A DNA stretch of 64,000 nt, from assembly GCA_950097015.1 (NCBI GenBank), contig CATNEN010000030.1:4831895-4895894 (forward strand), read 5' to 3'. The notes beneath the pieces were generated by a model. It ran no database searches. It was not told the origin of the DNA and worked only from the letters and a program-made list of their open reading frames with translations. Position 1 is the stretch's first letter. Each line of letters starts with the position of its first letter. The translations under genes were made by a program, and so were the position numbers. This DNA is from Macrostomum hystrix. Lineage: Eukaryota; Animalia; Platyhelminthes. Below, piece after piece: positions 1 through 11,950 of the stretch.

Positions 1-778
1 AACAGCTTGTCGCGTGCTACTTGCACGGAGTGCGTTACGCTGCTATTTCAGCACAGAGTATAGGCGCTGATGGCAATTTGCTGTATTGAAAAATGTGTTT
101 AACATTACCAGCACTCACAGTCTGCAGGAAGATCGCAATGCAGGGCCGACATCGAGCTTGCACTATATATAAGTTCCAGCTAGCTTTTCTCATGAATCGT
201 AGTTTGCTGCTTTATTAGCACTTAATACAGGATTTCACAGGTCTAGCTTCTTGCTTGACAATGAAGAGTTTTAAGAACAATTAAAGCACCTTTTACGCGC
301 TCAAGAACAGCTTGTCGCGTGCTACTTGCAAGGAGTGCGTTACGCTGCTATTTTAGCACAGAGTATTGGCGCTCATCGCAATTTGCTGGATTGAAAAATG
401 TGTTTAACATTTCCAGCACTCACAGTGTGCAGGAAGATGGCAATGCAGGGCTGACATCGAGCTTGCACTATATATAAGTTCCAGCTAGCTTTTTTCATGA
501 ATCGTAGTTTGCTGCTTTATTAGCACTTAATACAGGATTTCACAGGTCTAGCTTCTTGCTTGACAATGAAGAGTTTTAAGAACAATTAAAGCACCTTTTA
601 CGCGCTCAAGAACAGCTTGTCGCGTGCTACTTGCAAGGAGTGCGTTACGCTGCTATTTCAGCACAGAGTATTGGCGCTCATCGCAATTTGCTGGATTGAA
701 AAATGTGTTTAACATTTCCAGCACTCACAGTGTGCAGGAAGATGGCAATGCAGGGCTGACATCGAGCTTGCGCTATAT

Positions 779-876
779 ATAAGTTCCAGCTAGCTTTTCT
801 CATGAATCGTAGTTTGCTGCTTTATTTATAAGTTCCAGCTAGCTTTTCTCATGAATCGTAGTTTGCTGCTCTATTA
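779..876. repeat. First example of the 49-bp internal subrepeat (2 copies: 779-827, 828-876), ATAAGTTCCAGCTAGCTTTTCTCATGAATCGTAGTTTGCTGCTTTATTT
   Basis: Direct tandem duplication read from the sequence. Three copies occur e.g. near 10.05-10.2 kb; four copies near 42.19-42.38, 45.24-45.43 and 46.34-46.53 kb. Confidence 0.97.
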
Positions 877-3800
877 TCACCTAATATTGGCTTTCACAGG
901 TCTAGCTTCTTGCTTGACAAGGAAGAGTTTCAAGAAAAATTAAAGCACCTTTTACGCGCTCAAGAACAGCTTGGCGCGTGCTGCTTACAAGGAGTGCGTT
1001 ACGCTGCTAATTCAGCACAGAGTATTGGCGCTGATGGCAATTTGCTGGATTCAAAATTGTGTTTAACATTACCAGCACTTACAGTGTGCTGGAAGATGGC
1101 AATGCAGGGCTGACATCGAGCTTGCGCTATTTATAAGTTTCAGCTAGCTTTTCTCATGAATCGTAGTTTGCTGCTTAATTTATAAGTTCCAGCTAGCTTT
1201 TCTCATGAATCGTAGTTTGCTGCTTTATTAGCACTTAATACAGGCTTTCACAGGTCTAGCTTCTTGGTTAACAATGAAGAGTTTGAAGAACAATTAAAGC
1301 ACCTTTTACGCGCTCAAGAACAGCTTGGCGCGTGCTGCATGAAAGGAGTGCGTTACGCTGCTATTTCAGCACAGAGTATTGGCGCTGATGGCAATTTGCT
1401 GGATTGAAAAATGTGTTTAACATTACCAGCACTCACAGTGTGCAGGAAGATGGCAATGCAGGGCTGACATCGAGCTTGCGCTATATATAAGTTCCAGCTA
1501 GCTTTTCTCATGAATCGTAGTTTGCTGCTTTATTAGCACTTAATACAGGCTTTCACAGGTCTAGCTTCTTGCTTGACAATGAAGAGTTTTAAGAACAATT
1601 AAAGCACCTTTTACGCGCTCAAGAACAGCTTGTCGCGTGCTACTTGCAAGGAGTGCGTTACGCTGCTATTTCAGCACAGAGTATTGGCGCTCATCGCAAT
1701 TTGCTGGATTGAAAAATGTGTTTAACATTTCCAGCACTCACAGTGTGCAGGAAGATGGCAATGCAGGGCTGACATCGAGCTTGCGCTATATATAAGTTCC
1801 AGCTAGCTTTTCTCATGAATCGTAGTTTGCTGCTATATTTATAAGTTCCAGCTAGCTTTTCTCATGAATCGTAGTTTGCTGCTTTATTAGCACTTAATAC
1901 AGGCTTTCACAGGTCTAGCTTCTTGGTTAACAATGAAGAGTTTGAAGAACAATTAAAGCACCTTTTACGCGCTCAAGAACAGCTTGGCGCGTGCTGCATG
2001 AAAGGAGTGCGTTACGCTGCTAATTCAGCACAGAGTATAGGCGCTGATGGCAATTTGCTGGATTGAAAAATGTGTTTAACATTACCAGCACTCACAGTGT
2101 GCAGGAAGATGGCAATGCAGGACCGACATCGAGCTTGCGCTATATATAAGTTCCAGCTAGCTTTTCTCATGAATCGTAGTTTGCTGCTTTATAAGCACTT
2201 AATACAGGCTTTCACAGGTCTAGCTTCTTGCTTGACAATGAAGAGTTTTAAGAACAATTAAAGCACCTTTTACGCGCTGAAGAACAGCTTGGCGCGTGCT
2301 GCTTGCAAGGAGTGCGTTACGCTGCTAATTCAGCACAGAGTATTGGCGCTGATGGCAATTTGCTGGATTGAAAATTGTGTTTAACATTACCAGCACTTAC
2401 AGTGTGCTGGAAGATGGCAATGCAGGGCTGACATCGAGCTTGCGCTATTTATAAGTTTCAGCTAGCTTTTCTCATGAATCGTAGTTTGCTGCTTAATTTA
2501 TAAGTTCCAGCTAGCTTTTCTCATGAATCGTAGTTTGCTGCTTTATTAGCACTTAATACAGGCTTTCACAGGTCTAGCTTCTTGGTTAACAATGAAGAGT
2601 TTGAAGAACAATTAAAGCACCTTTTACGCGCTCAAGAACAGCTTGGCGCGTGCTGCATGAAAGGAGTGCGTTACGCTGCTATTTCAGCACAGAGTATTGG
2701 CGCTGATGGCAATTTGCTGGATTGAAAAATGTGTTTAACATTACCAGCACTCACAGTGTGCAGGAAGATGGCAATGCAGGGCTGACATCGAGCTTGCGCT
2801 ATATATAAGTTCCAGCTAGCTTTTCTCATGAATCGTAGTTTGCTGCTTTATTTATAAGTTCTAGCTAGCTTTTCTCATGAATCGTAGTTTGCTGCTTTAT
2901 TAGCACTTAATACAGGCTTTCACAGGTCTAGCTTCTTGCTTGACAATGAAGAGTTTTAAGAACAATTAAAGCACCTTTTACGCGCTCAAGAACAGCTTGT
3001 CGCGTGCTACTTGCACGGAGTGCGTTACGCTGCTATTTCAGCACAGAGTAAAGGCGCTGATGGCAATTTGCTGGATTGAAAAATGTGTTTTACATTACCA
3101 GCACTCACAGTGTGCAGGAAGATCGCAATGGAGGGCCGACATCGAGCTTGCACTATATATAAGTTTCAGCTAGCTTTTCTCATGAATCGTAGTTTGCTGC
3201 TTAATTTATAAGTTCCAGCTAGCTTTTCTCATGAATCGTAGTTTGCTGCTTTATTAGCACTTAATACAGGCTTTCACAGGTCTAGCTTCTTGGTTAACAA
3301 TGAAGAGTTTGAAGAACAATTAAAGCACCTTTTACGCGCTCAAGAACAGCTTGGCGCGTGCTGCATGAAAGGAGTGCGTTACGCTGCTATTTCAGCACAG
3401 AGTATTGGCGCTGATGGCAATTTGCTGGATTGAAAAATGTGTTTAACATTACCAGCACTCACAGTGTGCAGGAAGATGGCAATGCAGGACCGACATCGAG
3501 CTTGCGCTATATATAAGTTCCAGCTAGCTTTTCTCATGAATCGTAGTTTGCTGCTTTATTAGCACTTAATACAGGCTTTCACAGGTCTAGCTTCTTGCTT
3601 GACAATGAAGAGTTTTAAGAACAATTAAAGCACCTTTTACGCGCTGAAGAGCAGCTTGGCGCGTGCTGCTTGCAAGGAGTGCGTTACGCTGCTAATTCAG
3701 CACAGAGTATTGGCGCTGATGGCAATTTGCTGGATTGAAAAATGTGTTTAACATTACCAGCACTCACAGTGTGCAGGAAGATGGCAATGCAGGGCTGACA

Positions 3801-6800
3801 TCGAGCTTGCGCTATATATAAGTTCCAGCTAGCTTTTCTCATGAATCGTAGTTTGCTGCTTTATTAGCACTTAATACAGGCTTTCACAGGTCTAGCTTCT
3901 TGCTTGACAATGAAGAGTTTTAAGAACAATTAAAGCACCTTTTACGCGCTCAAGAACAGCTTGTCGCGTGCTACTTGCAAGGAGTGCGTTACGCTGCTAT
4001 TTCAGCACAGAGTATTGGCGCTCATCGCAATTTGCTGGATTGAAAAATGTGTTTAACATTTCCAGCACTGACAGTGTGCAGGAAGATGGCAATGCAGGGC
4101 TGACATCGAGCTTGCGCTATATATAAGTTCCAGCTAGCTTTTCTCATGAATCGTAGTTTGCTGCTTTATTTATAAGTTCCAGCTAGCTTTTCTCATGAAT
4201 CGTAGTTTGCTGCTTTATTAGCACTTAATACAGGCTTTCACAGGTCTAGCTTCTTGCTTGACAATGAAGAGTTTTAAGAACAATTAAAGCACCTTTTACG
4301 CGCTCAAGAACAGCTTGTCGCGTGCTACTTGCACGGAGTGCGTTACGCTGCTATTTCAGCACAGAGTAAAGGCGCTGATGGCAATTTGCTGGATTGAAAA
4401 ATGTGTTTTACATTACCAGCACTCACAGTGTGCAGGAAGATCGCAATGGAGGGCCGACATCGAGCTTGCACTATATATAAGTTTCAGCTAGCTTTTCTCA
4501 TGAATCGTAGTTTGCTGCTTAATTTATAAGTTCCAGCTAGCTTTTCTCATGAATCGTAGTTTGCTGCTTTATTAGCACTTAATACAGGCTTTCACAGGTC
4601 TAGCTTCTTGGTTAACAATGAAGAGTTTGAAGAACAATTAAAGCACCTTTTACGCGCTCAAGAACAGCTTGGCGCGTGCTGCATGAAAGGAGTGCGTTAC
4701 GCTGCTAATTCAGCACAGAGTATTGGCGCTGATGGCAATTTGCTGGATTGAAAAATGTGTTTAACATTTCCAGCACTCACAGTGTGCAGGAAGATGGCAA
4801 TGCAGGGCTGACATCGAGCTTGCGCTATATATAAGTTCCAGCTAGCTTTTCTCATGAATCGTAGTTTGCTGCTTTATTAGCACTTAATACAGGCTTTCAC
4901 AGGTCTAGCTTCTTGCTTGACAATGAAGAGTTTTAAGAACAATTAAAGCACCTTTTACGCGCTCAAGAACAGCTTGTCGCGTGCTACTTGCAAGGAGTGC
5001 GTTACGCTGCCATTTCAGCACAGAGTATTGGCGCTCATCGCAATTTGCTGGATTGAAAAATGTGTTTAACATTTCCAGCACTGACAGTGTGCAGGAAGAT
5101 GGCAATGCAGGGCTGACATCGGGCTTGCGCTATATATAAGTTCCAGCTAGGTTTTCTCATGAATCGTAGTTTGCTGCTTTATTTATAAGTTCCAGCTAGC
5201 TTTTCTCATGAATCGTAGTTTGCTGCTTTATTAGCACTTAATACAGGCTTTCACAGGTCTAGCTTCTTGCTTGACAATGAAGAGTTTTAAGAACAATTAA
5301 AGCACCTTTTACGCGCTCAAGAACAGCTTGTCGCGTGCTACTTGCAAGGAGTGCGTTACGCTGCTATTTCAGCACAGAGTATTGGCGCTCATCGCAATTT
5401 GCTGGATTGAAAAATGTGTTTAACATTTCCAGCACTCACAGTGTGCAGGAAGATGGCAATGCAGGGCTGACATCAAGCTTGCGCTATATATAAGTTCCAG
5501 CTAGCTTTTATCATGAATCGTAGTTTGCTGCTCTATTATCACCTAATACAGGCTTTCACAGGTCTAGCTTCTTGCTTGACAAGGAAGAGTTTCAAGAAAA
5601 ATTAAAGCACCTTTTACGCGCTGAAGAACAGCTTGGCGCGTGCTGCTTGCAAGGAGTGCGTTACGCTGCTAATTCAGCACAGAGTATTGGCGCTGATGGC
5701 AATTTGCTGGATTGAAAAATGTGTTTAACATTACCAGCACTTACAGTGTGCTGGAAGATGGCAATGCAGGGCTCACATCGAGCTTGCGCTATTTATAAGT
5801 TTCAGCTAGCTTTTCTCATGAATCGTAGTTTGCTGCTTAATTTATAAGTTCCAGCTAGCTTTTCTCATGAATCGTAGTTTGCTGCTTTATTAGCACTTAA
5901 TACAGGCTTTCACAGGTCTAGCTTCTTGGTTAACAATGAAGAGTTTGAAGAACAATTAAAGCACCTTTTACGCGCTCAAGAACAGCTTGGCGCGTGCTGC
6001 ATGAAAGGAGTGCGTTACGCTGCTATTTCAGCACAGAGTATTGGCGCTGATGGCAATTTGCTGGATTGAAAAATGTGTTTAACATTACCAGCACTCACAG
6101 TGTGCAGGAAGATGGCAATGCAGGGCTGACATCGAGCTTGCGCTATATATAAGTTCCAGCTAGCTTTTCTCATGAATCGTAGTTTGCCGCTTTATTAGTA
6201 CTTAATACAGGCTTTCACAGGTCTAGCTTCTTGCTTGACAATGAAGAGTTTTAAGAACAATTAAAGCACCTTTTACGCGCTGAAGAACAGCTTGGCGCGT
6301 GCTGCTTGCAAGGAGTGCGTTACGCTGCTAATTCAGCACAGAGTATTGGCGCTGATGGCAATTTGCTGGATTGAAAAATGTGTTTAACATTACCAGCACT
6401 CACAGTGTGCAGGAAGATGGCAATGCAGGGCTGACATCGAGCTTGCTCTATATATAAGTTCCAGCTAGCTTTTCTCATGAATCGTAGTTTGCTGCTTTAT
6501 TAGCACTTAATACAGGCTTTCACAGGTCTAGCTTCTTGCTTGACAATGAAGAGTTTTAAGAACAATTAAAGCACATTTTACGCGCTCAAGAACAGCTTGT
6601 CGCGTGCTACTTGCAAGGAGTGCGTTACGCTGCTATTTCAGCACAGAGTATTGGCGCTCATCGCAATTTGCTGGATTGAAAAATGTGTTTAACATTTCCA
6701 GCACTCACAGTGTGCAGGAAGATGGCAATGCAGGGCTGACATCGAGCTTGCGCTATATATAAGTTCCAGCTAGCTTTTCTCATGAATCGTAGTTTGCTGC

Positions 6801-6999
6801 TATATTTATAAGTTCCAGCTAGCTTTTCTCATGAATCGTAGTTTGCTGCTTTATTAGCACTTAATACAGGCTTTCACAGGTCTAGCTTCTTGCTTGACAA
6901 TGAAGAGTTTTAAGAACAATTAAAGCACCTTTTACGCGCTCAAGAACAGCTTGTCGCGTGCTACTTGCAAGGAGTGCGTTACGCTGCTATTTCAGCACA

Positions 7000-9900
7000 G
7001 AGTATTGGCGCTGATGGTAATTTGCTGTATTGAAAAATGTGTTTAACATTACCAGCACTCACAGTCTGCAGGAAGATCGCAATGCAGGGCCGACATCGAG
7101 CTTGCACTATATATAAGTTCCAGCTAGCTTTTCTCATGAATCGTAGTTTGCTGCTTTATTAGCACTTAATACAGGATTTCACAGGTCTAGCTTCTTGCTT
7201 GACAATGAAGAGTTTTAAGAACAATTAAAGCACCTTTTACGCGCTCAAGAACAGCTTGTCGCGTGCTACTTGCAAGGAGTGCGTTACGCTGCTATTTCAG
7301 CACAGAGTATTGGCGCTCATCGCAATTTGCTAGATTGAAAAATGTGTTTACCATTTCCAGCACTCACAGTGTGCAGGAAGATGGCAATGCAGGGCTGACA
7401 TCGAGCTTGCGCTATATATAAGTTCCAGCTAGCTTTTCTCATGAATCGTAGTTTGCTGCTCTATTATCACCTAATACAGGCTTTCACAGGTCTAGCTTCT
7501 TGCTTGACAAGGAAGAGTTTCAAGAAAAATTAAAGCACCTTTTACGCGCTCAAGAACAGCTTGGCGCGTGCTGCTTACAAGGAGTGCGTTACGCTGCTAA
7601 TTCAGCACAGAGTATTGGCGCTGATGGCAATTTGCTGGATTCAAAATTGTGTTTAACATTACCAGCACTTACAGTGTGCTGGAAGATGGCAATGCAGGGC
7701 TGACATCGAGCTTGCGCTATTTATAAGTTTCAGCTAGCTTTTCTCATGAATCGTAGTTTGCTGCTTAATTTATAAGTTCCAGCTAGCTTTTCTCATGAAT
7801 CGTAGTTTGCTGCTTTATTAGCACTTAATACAGGCTTTCACAGGTCTAGCTTCTTGGTTAACAATGAAGAGTTTGAAGAACAATTAAAGCACCTTTTACG
7901 CGCTCAAGAACAGCTTGGCGCGTGCTGCATGAAAGGAGTGCGTTACGCTGCTATTTCAGCACAGAGTATTGGCGCTGATGGCAATTTGCTGGATTGAAAA
8001 ATGTGTTTAACATTACCAGCACTCACAGTGTGCAGGAAGATGGCAATGCAGGGCCGACATCGAGCTTGCGCTATATATAAGTTCCAGCTAGCTTTTCTCA
8101 TGAATCGTAGTTTGCTGCTTTATTAGCACTTAATACAGGCTTTCACAGGTCTAGCTTCTTGCTTAACAATGAAATGTTTTAAGAACAATTAAAGCACCTT
8201 TTACGCGCTGAAGAACAGCTTGGCGCGTGCTGCTTGCAAGGAGTGCGTTACACAGCTAATTCAGCACAGAGTATTGGCGCTGATGGCAATTTGCTGGATT
8301 GAAAAATGTGTTTAACATTACCAGCACTCACAGTGTGCAGGAAGATGGCAATGCAGGGCTGACATCGAGCTTGCACTATATATAAGTTCCAGCTAGCTTT
8401 TTTCATGAATCGTAGTTTGCTGCTTTATTAGCACTTAATACAGGATTTCACAGGTCTAGCTTCTTGCTTGACAATGAAGAGTTTTAAGAACAATTAAAGC
8501 ACCTTTTACGCGCTCAAGAACAGCTTGTCGCGTGCTACTTGCACGGAGTGCGTTACGCTGCTATTTCAGCACAGAGTATAGGCGCTGATGGCAATTTGCT
8601 GTATTGAAAAATGTGTTTAACATTACCAGCACTCACAGTCTGCAGGAAGATCGCAATGCAGGGCCGACATCGAGCTTGCACTATATATAAGTTCCAGCTC
8701 GCTTTACTCATGAATCGTAGTTTGCTGCTTTATTTATAAGTTCCAGCTAGCTTTTGTCATGAATCGTAGTTTGCTGCTTTATTAGCACTTATTACAGGCT
8801 TTCACAGGTCTAGCTTCTTGCTTGACAATGAAGAGTTTTAAGAACAATTAAAGCACCTTTTACGCGCTCAAGAACAGCTTGTCGCGTGCTACTTGCAAGG
8901 AGTGCGTTACGCTGCTATTTCAGCACAGAGTATAGGCGCTGATGGCAATTTGCTGTATTGAAAAATGTGTTTAACATTACCAGCACTCACAGTCTGCAGG
9001 AAGATCGCAATGCAGGGCCGACATCGAGCTTGCACTATATATAAGTTCCAGCTAGCTTTTCTCATGAATCGTAGTTTGCTGCTTTATTAGCACTTAATAC
9101 AGGATTTCACAGGTCTAGCTTCTTGCTTGACAATGAAGAGTTTTAAGAACAATTAAAGCACCTTTTACGCGCTCAAGAACAGCTTGTCGCGTGCTACTTG
9201 CAAGGAGTGCGTTACGCTGCTATTTCAGCACAGAGTATTGGCGCTCATCGCAATTTGCTGGATTGAAAAATGTGTTTAACATTTCCAGCACTCACAGTGT
9301 GCAGGAAGATGGCAATGCAGGGCTGACATCGAGCTTGCGCTATATATAAGTTCCAGCTAGCTTTTCTCATGAATCGTAGTTTGCTGCTTTATTTATAAGT
9401 TCCAGCTAGCTTTTCTCATGAATCGTAGTTTGCTGCTTTATTAGCACTTAATACAGGCTTTCACAGGTCTAGCTTCTTGCTTGACAATGAAGAGTTTTAA
9501 GAACAATTAAAGCACCTTTTACGCGCTCAAGAACAGCTTGTCGCGTGCTACTTGCACGGAGTGCGTTACGCTGCTATTTCAGCGCAGAGTATAGGCGCTG
9601 ATGGCAATTTGCTGTATTGAAAAATGTGTTTAACATTACCAGCACTCACAGTCTGCAGGAAGATCGCAATGCAGGGCCGACATCGAGCTTGCACTATATA
9701 TAAGTTCCAGCTAGCTTTTCTCATGAATCGTAGTTTGCTGCTTTATTTATAAGTTCCAGCTAGCTTTTGTCATGAATCGTAGTTTGCTGCTTTATTAGCA
9801 CTTAATACAGGCTTTCACAGGTCTAGCTTCTTGCTTGACAATGAAGAGTTTTAAGAACAATTAAAGCACCTTTTACGCGCTCAAGAACAGCTTGTCGCGT

Positions 9901-11950
9901 GCTACTTGCAAGGAGTGCGTTACGCTGCTATTTCAGCACAGAGTATTGGCGCTGATGGCAATTTGCTGGATTGAAAAATGTGTTTAACATTACCAGCACT
10001 CACAGTGTGCAGGAAGATGGCAATGCAGGGCTGACATCGAGCTTGCGCTATATATAAGTTCCAGCTAGCTTTTCTCATGAATCGTAGTTTGCTGCTTTAT
10101 TTATAAGTTCCAGCTAGCTTTTCTCATGAATCGTAGTTTGCTGCTATATTTATAAGTTCCAGCTAGCTTTTCTCATGAATCGTAGTTTGCTGCTTTATTA
10201 GCACTTAATACAGGCTTTCACAGGTCTAGCTTCTGGCTTAACAATGAAGAGTTTTAAGAACAATTAAAGCACCTTTTACGCGCTGAAGAACAGCTTGGCG
10301 CGTGCTGCTTGCAAGGAGTGCGTTACGCTGCTAATTCAGCACAGAGTATTGGCGCTGATGGCAATTTGCTGGATTGAAAAATGTGTTTAACATTACCAGC
10401 ACTCACAGTCTGCAGGAAGATCGCAATGCAGGGCCGACATCGAGCTTGCACTATATATAAGTTCCAGCTAGCTTTTCTCATGAATCGTAGTTTGCTGCTT
10501 TATTAGCACTTAATACAGGATTTCACAGGTCTAGCTTCTTGCTTGACAATGAAGAGTTTTAAGAACAATTAAAGCACCTTTTACGCGCTCAAGAACAGCT
10601 TGTCGCGTGCTACTTGCAAGGAGTGCGTTACGCTGCTATTTCAGCACAGAGTATTGGCGCTCATCGCAATTTGCTAGATTGAAAAATGTGTTTACCATTT
10701 CCAGCACTCACAGTGTGCAGGAAGATGGCAATGCAGGGCTGACATCGAGCTTGCGCTATATATAAGTTCCAGCTAGCTTTTCTCATGAATCGTAGTTTGC
10801 TGCTCTATTATCACCTAATACAGGCTTTCACAGGTCTAGCTTCTTGCTTGACAAGGAAGAGTTTCAAGAAAAATTAAAGCACCTTTTACGCGCTCAAGAA
10901 CAGCTTGGCGCGTGCTGCTTACAAGGAGTGCGTTACGCTGCTAATTCAGCACAGAGTATTGGCGCTGATGGCAATTTGCTGGATTCAAAATTGTGTTTAA
11001 CATTACCAGCACTTACAGTGTGCTGGAAGATGGCAATGCAGGGCTGACATCGAGCTTGCGCTATTTATAAGTTTCAGCTAGCTTTTCTCATGAATCGTAG
11101 TTTGCTGCTTAATTTATAAGTTCCAGCTAGCTTTTCTCATGAATCGTAGTTTGCTGCTTTATTAGCACTTAATACAGGCTTTCACAGGTCTAGCTTCTTG
11201 GTTAACAATGAAGAGTTTGAAGAACAATTAAAGCACCTTTTACGCGCTCAAGAACAGCTTGGCGCGTGCTGCATGAAAGGAGTGCGTTACGCTGCTATTT
11301 CAGCACAGAGTATTGGCGCTGATGGCAATTTGCTGGATTGAAAAATGTGTTTAACATTACCAGCACTCACAGTGTGCAGGAAGATGGCAATGCAGGGCCG
11401 ACATCGAGCTTGCGCTATATATAAGTTCCAGCTAGCTTTTCTCATGAATCGTAGTTTGCTGCTTTATTAGCACTTAATACAGGCTTTCACAGGTCTAGCT
11501 TCTTGCTTAACAATGAAATGTTTTAAGAACAATTAAAGCACCTTTTACGCGCTGAAGAACAGCTTGGCGCGTGCTGCTTGCAAGGAGTGCGTTACACTGC
11601 TAATTCAGCACAGAGTATTGGCGCTGATGGCAATTTGCTGGATTGAAAAATGTGTTTAACATTACCAGCACTCACAGTGTGCAGGAAGATGGCAATGCAG
11701 GGCTGACATCGAGCTTGCACTATATATAAGTTCCAGCTAGCTTTTTTCATGAATCGTAGTTTGCTGCTTTATTAGCACTTAATACAGGATTTCACAGGTC
11801 TAGCTTCTTGCTTGACAATGAAGAGTTTTAAGAACAATTAAAGCACCTTTTACGCGCTCAAGAACAGCTTGTCGCGTGCTACTTGCACGGAGTGCGTTAC
11901 GCTGCTATTTCAGCACAGAGTATAGGCGCTGATGGCAATTTGCTGTATTG
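7000..11950. repeat. Duplicated multi-monomer block, offset 3344 bp (10 monomers + 6 x 49 bp)
   Basis: Rare variants recur at +3344: TAGATTGAAA at 7331/10675 and the AAGGAAGAGTTTCAAG monomer at 7500/10844. Boundaries are approximate. Confidence 0.85.

Noticed and set aside
85-115. Imperfect inverted repeat TGCTGG...AATGT-GTTTA-ACATT...CCAGCA in the monomer
   Set aside because: Short, asymmetric and disrupted in common variants and in the 319-bp types; no evidence of constraint.
63-180. Pol III A-box-like TGGCGCTGATGG and B-box-like GTTCCAG (GTTCGAG in a few monomers), suggesting a tRNA/SINE origin
   Set aside because: Both boxes have mismatches, they are about 100 bp apart, and I could not build a cloverleaf.
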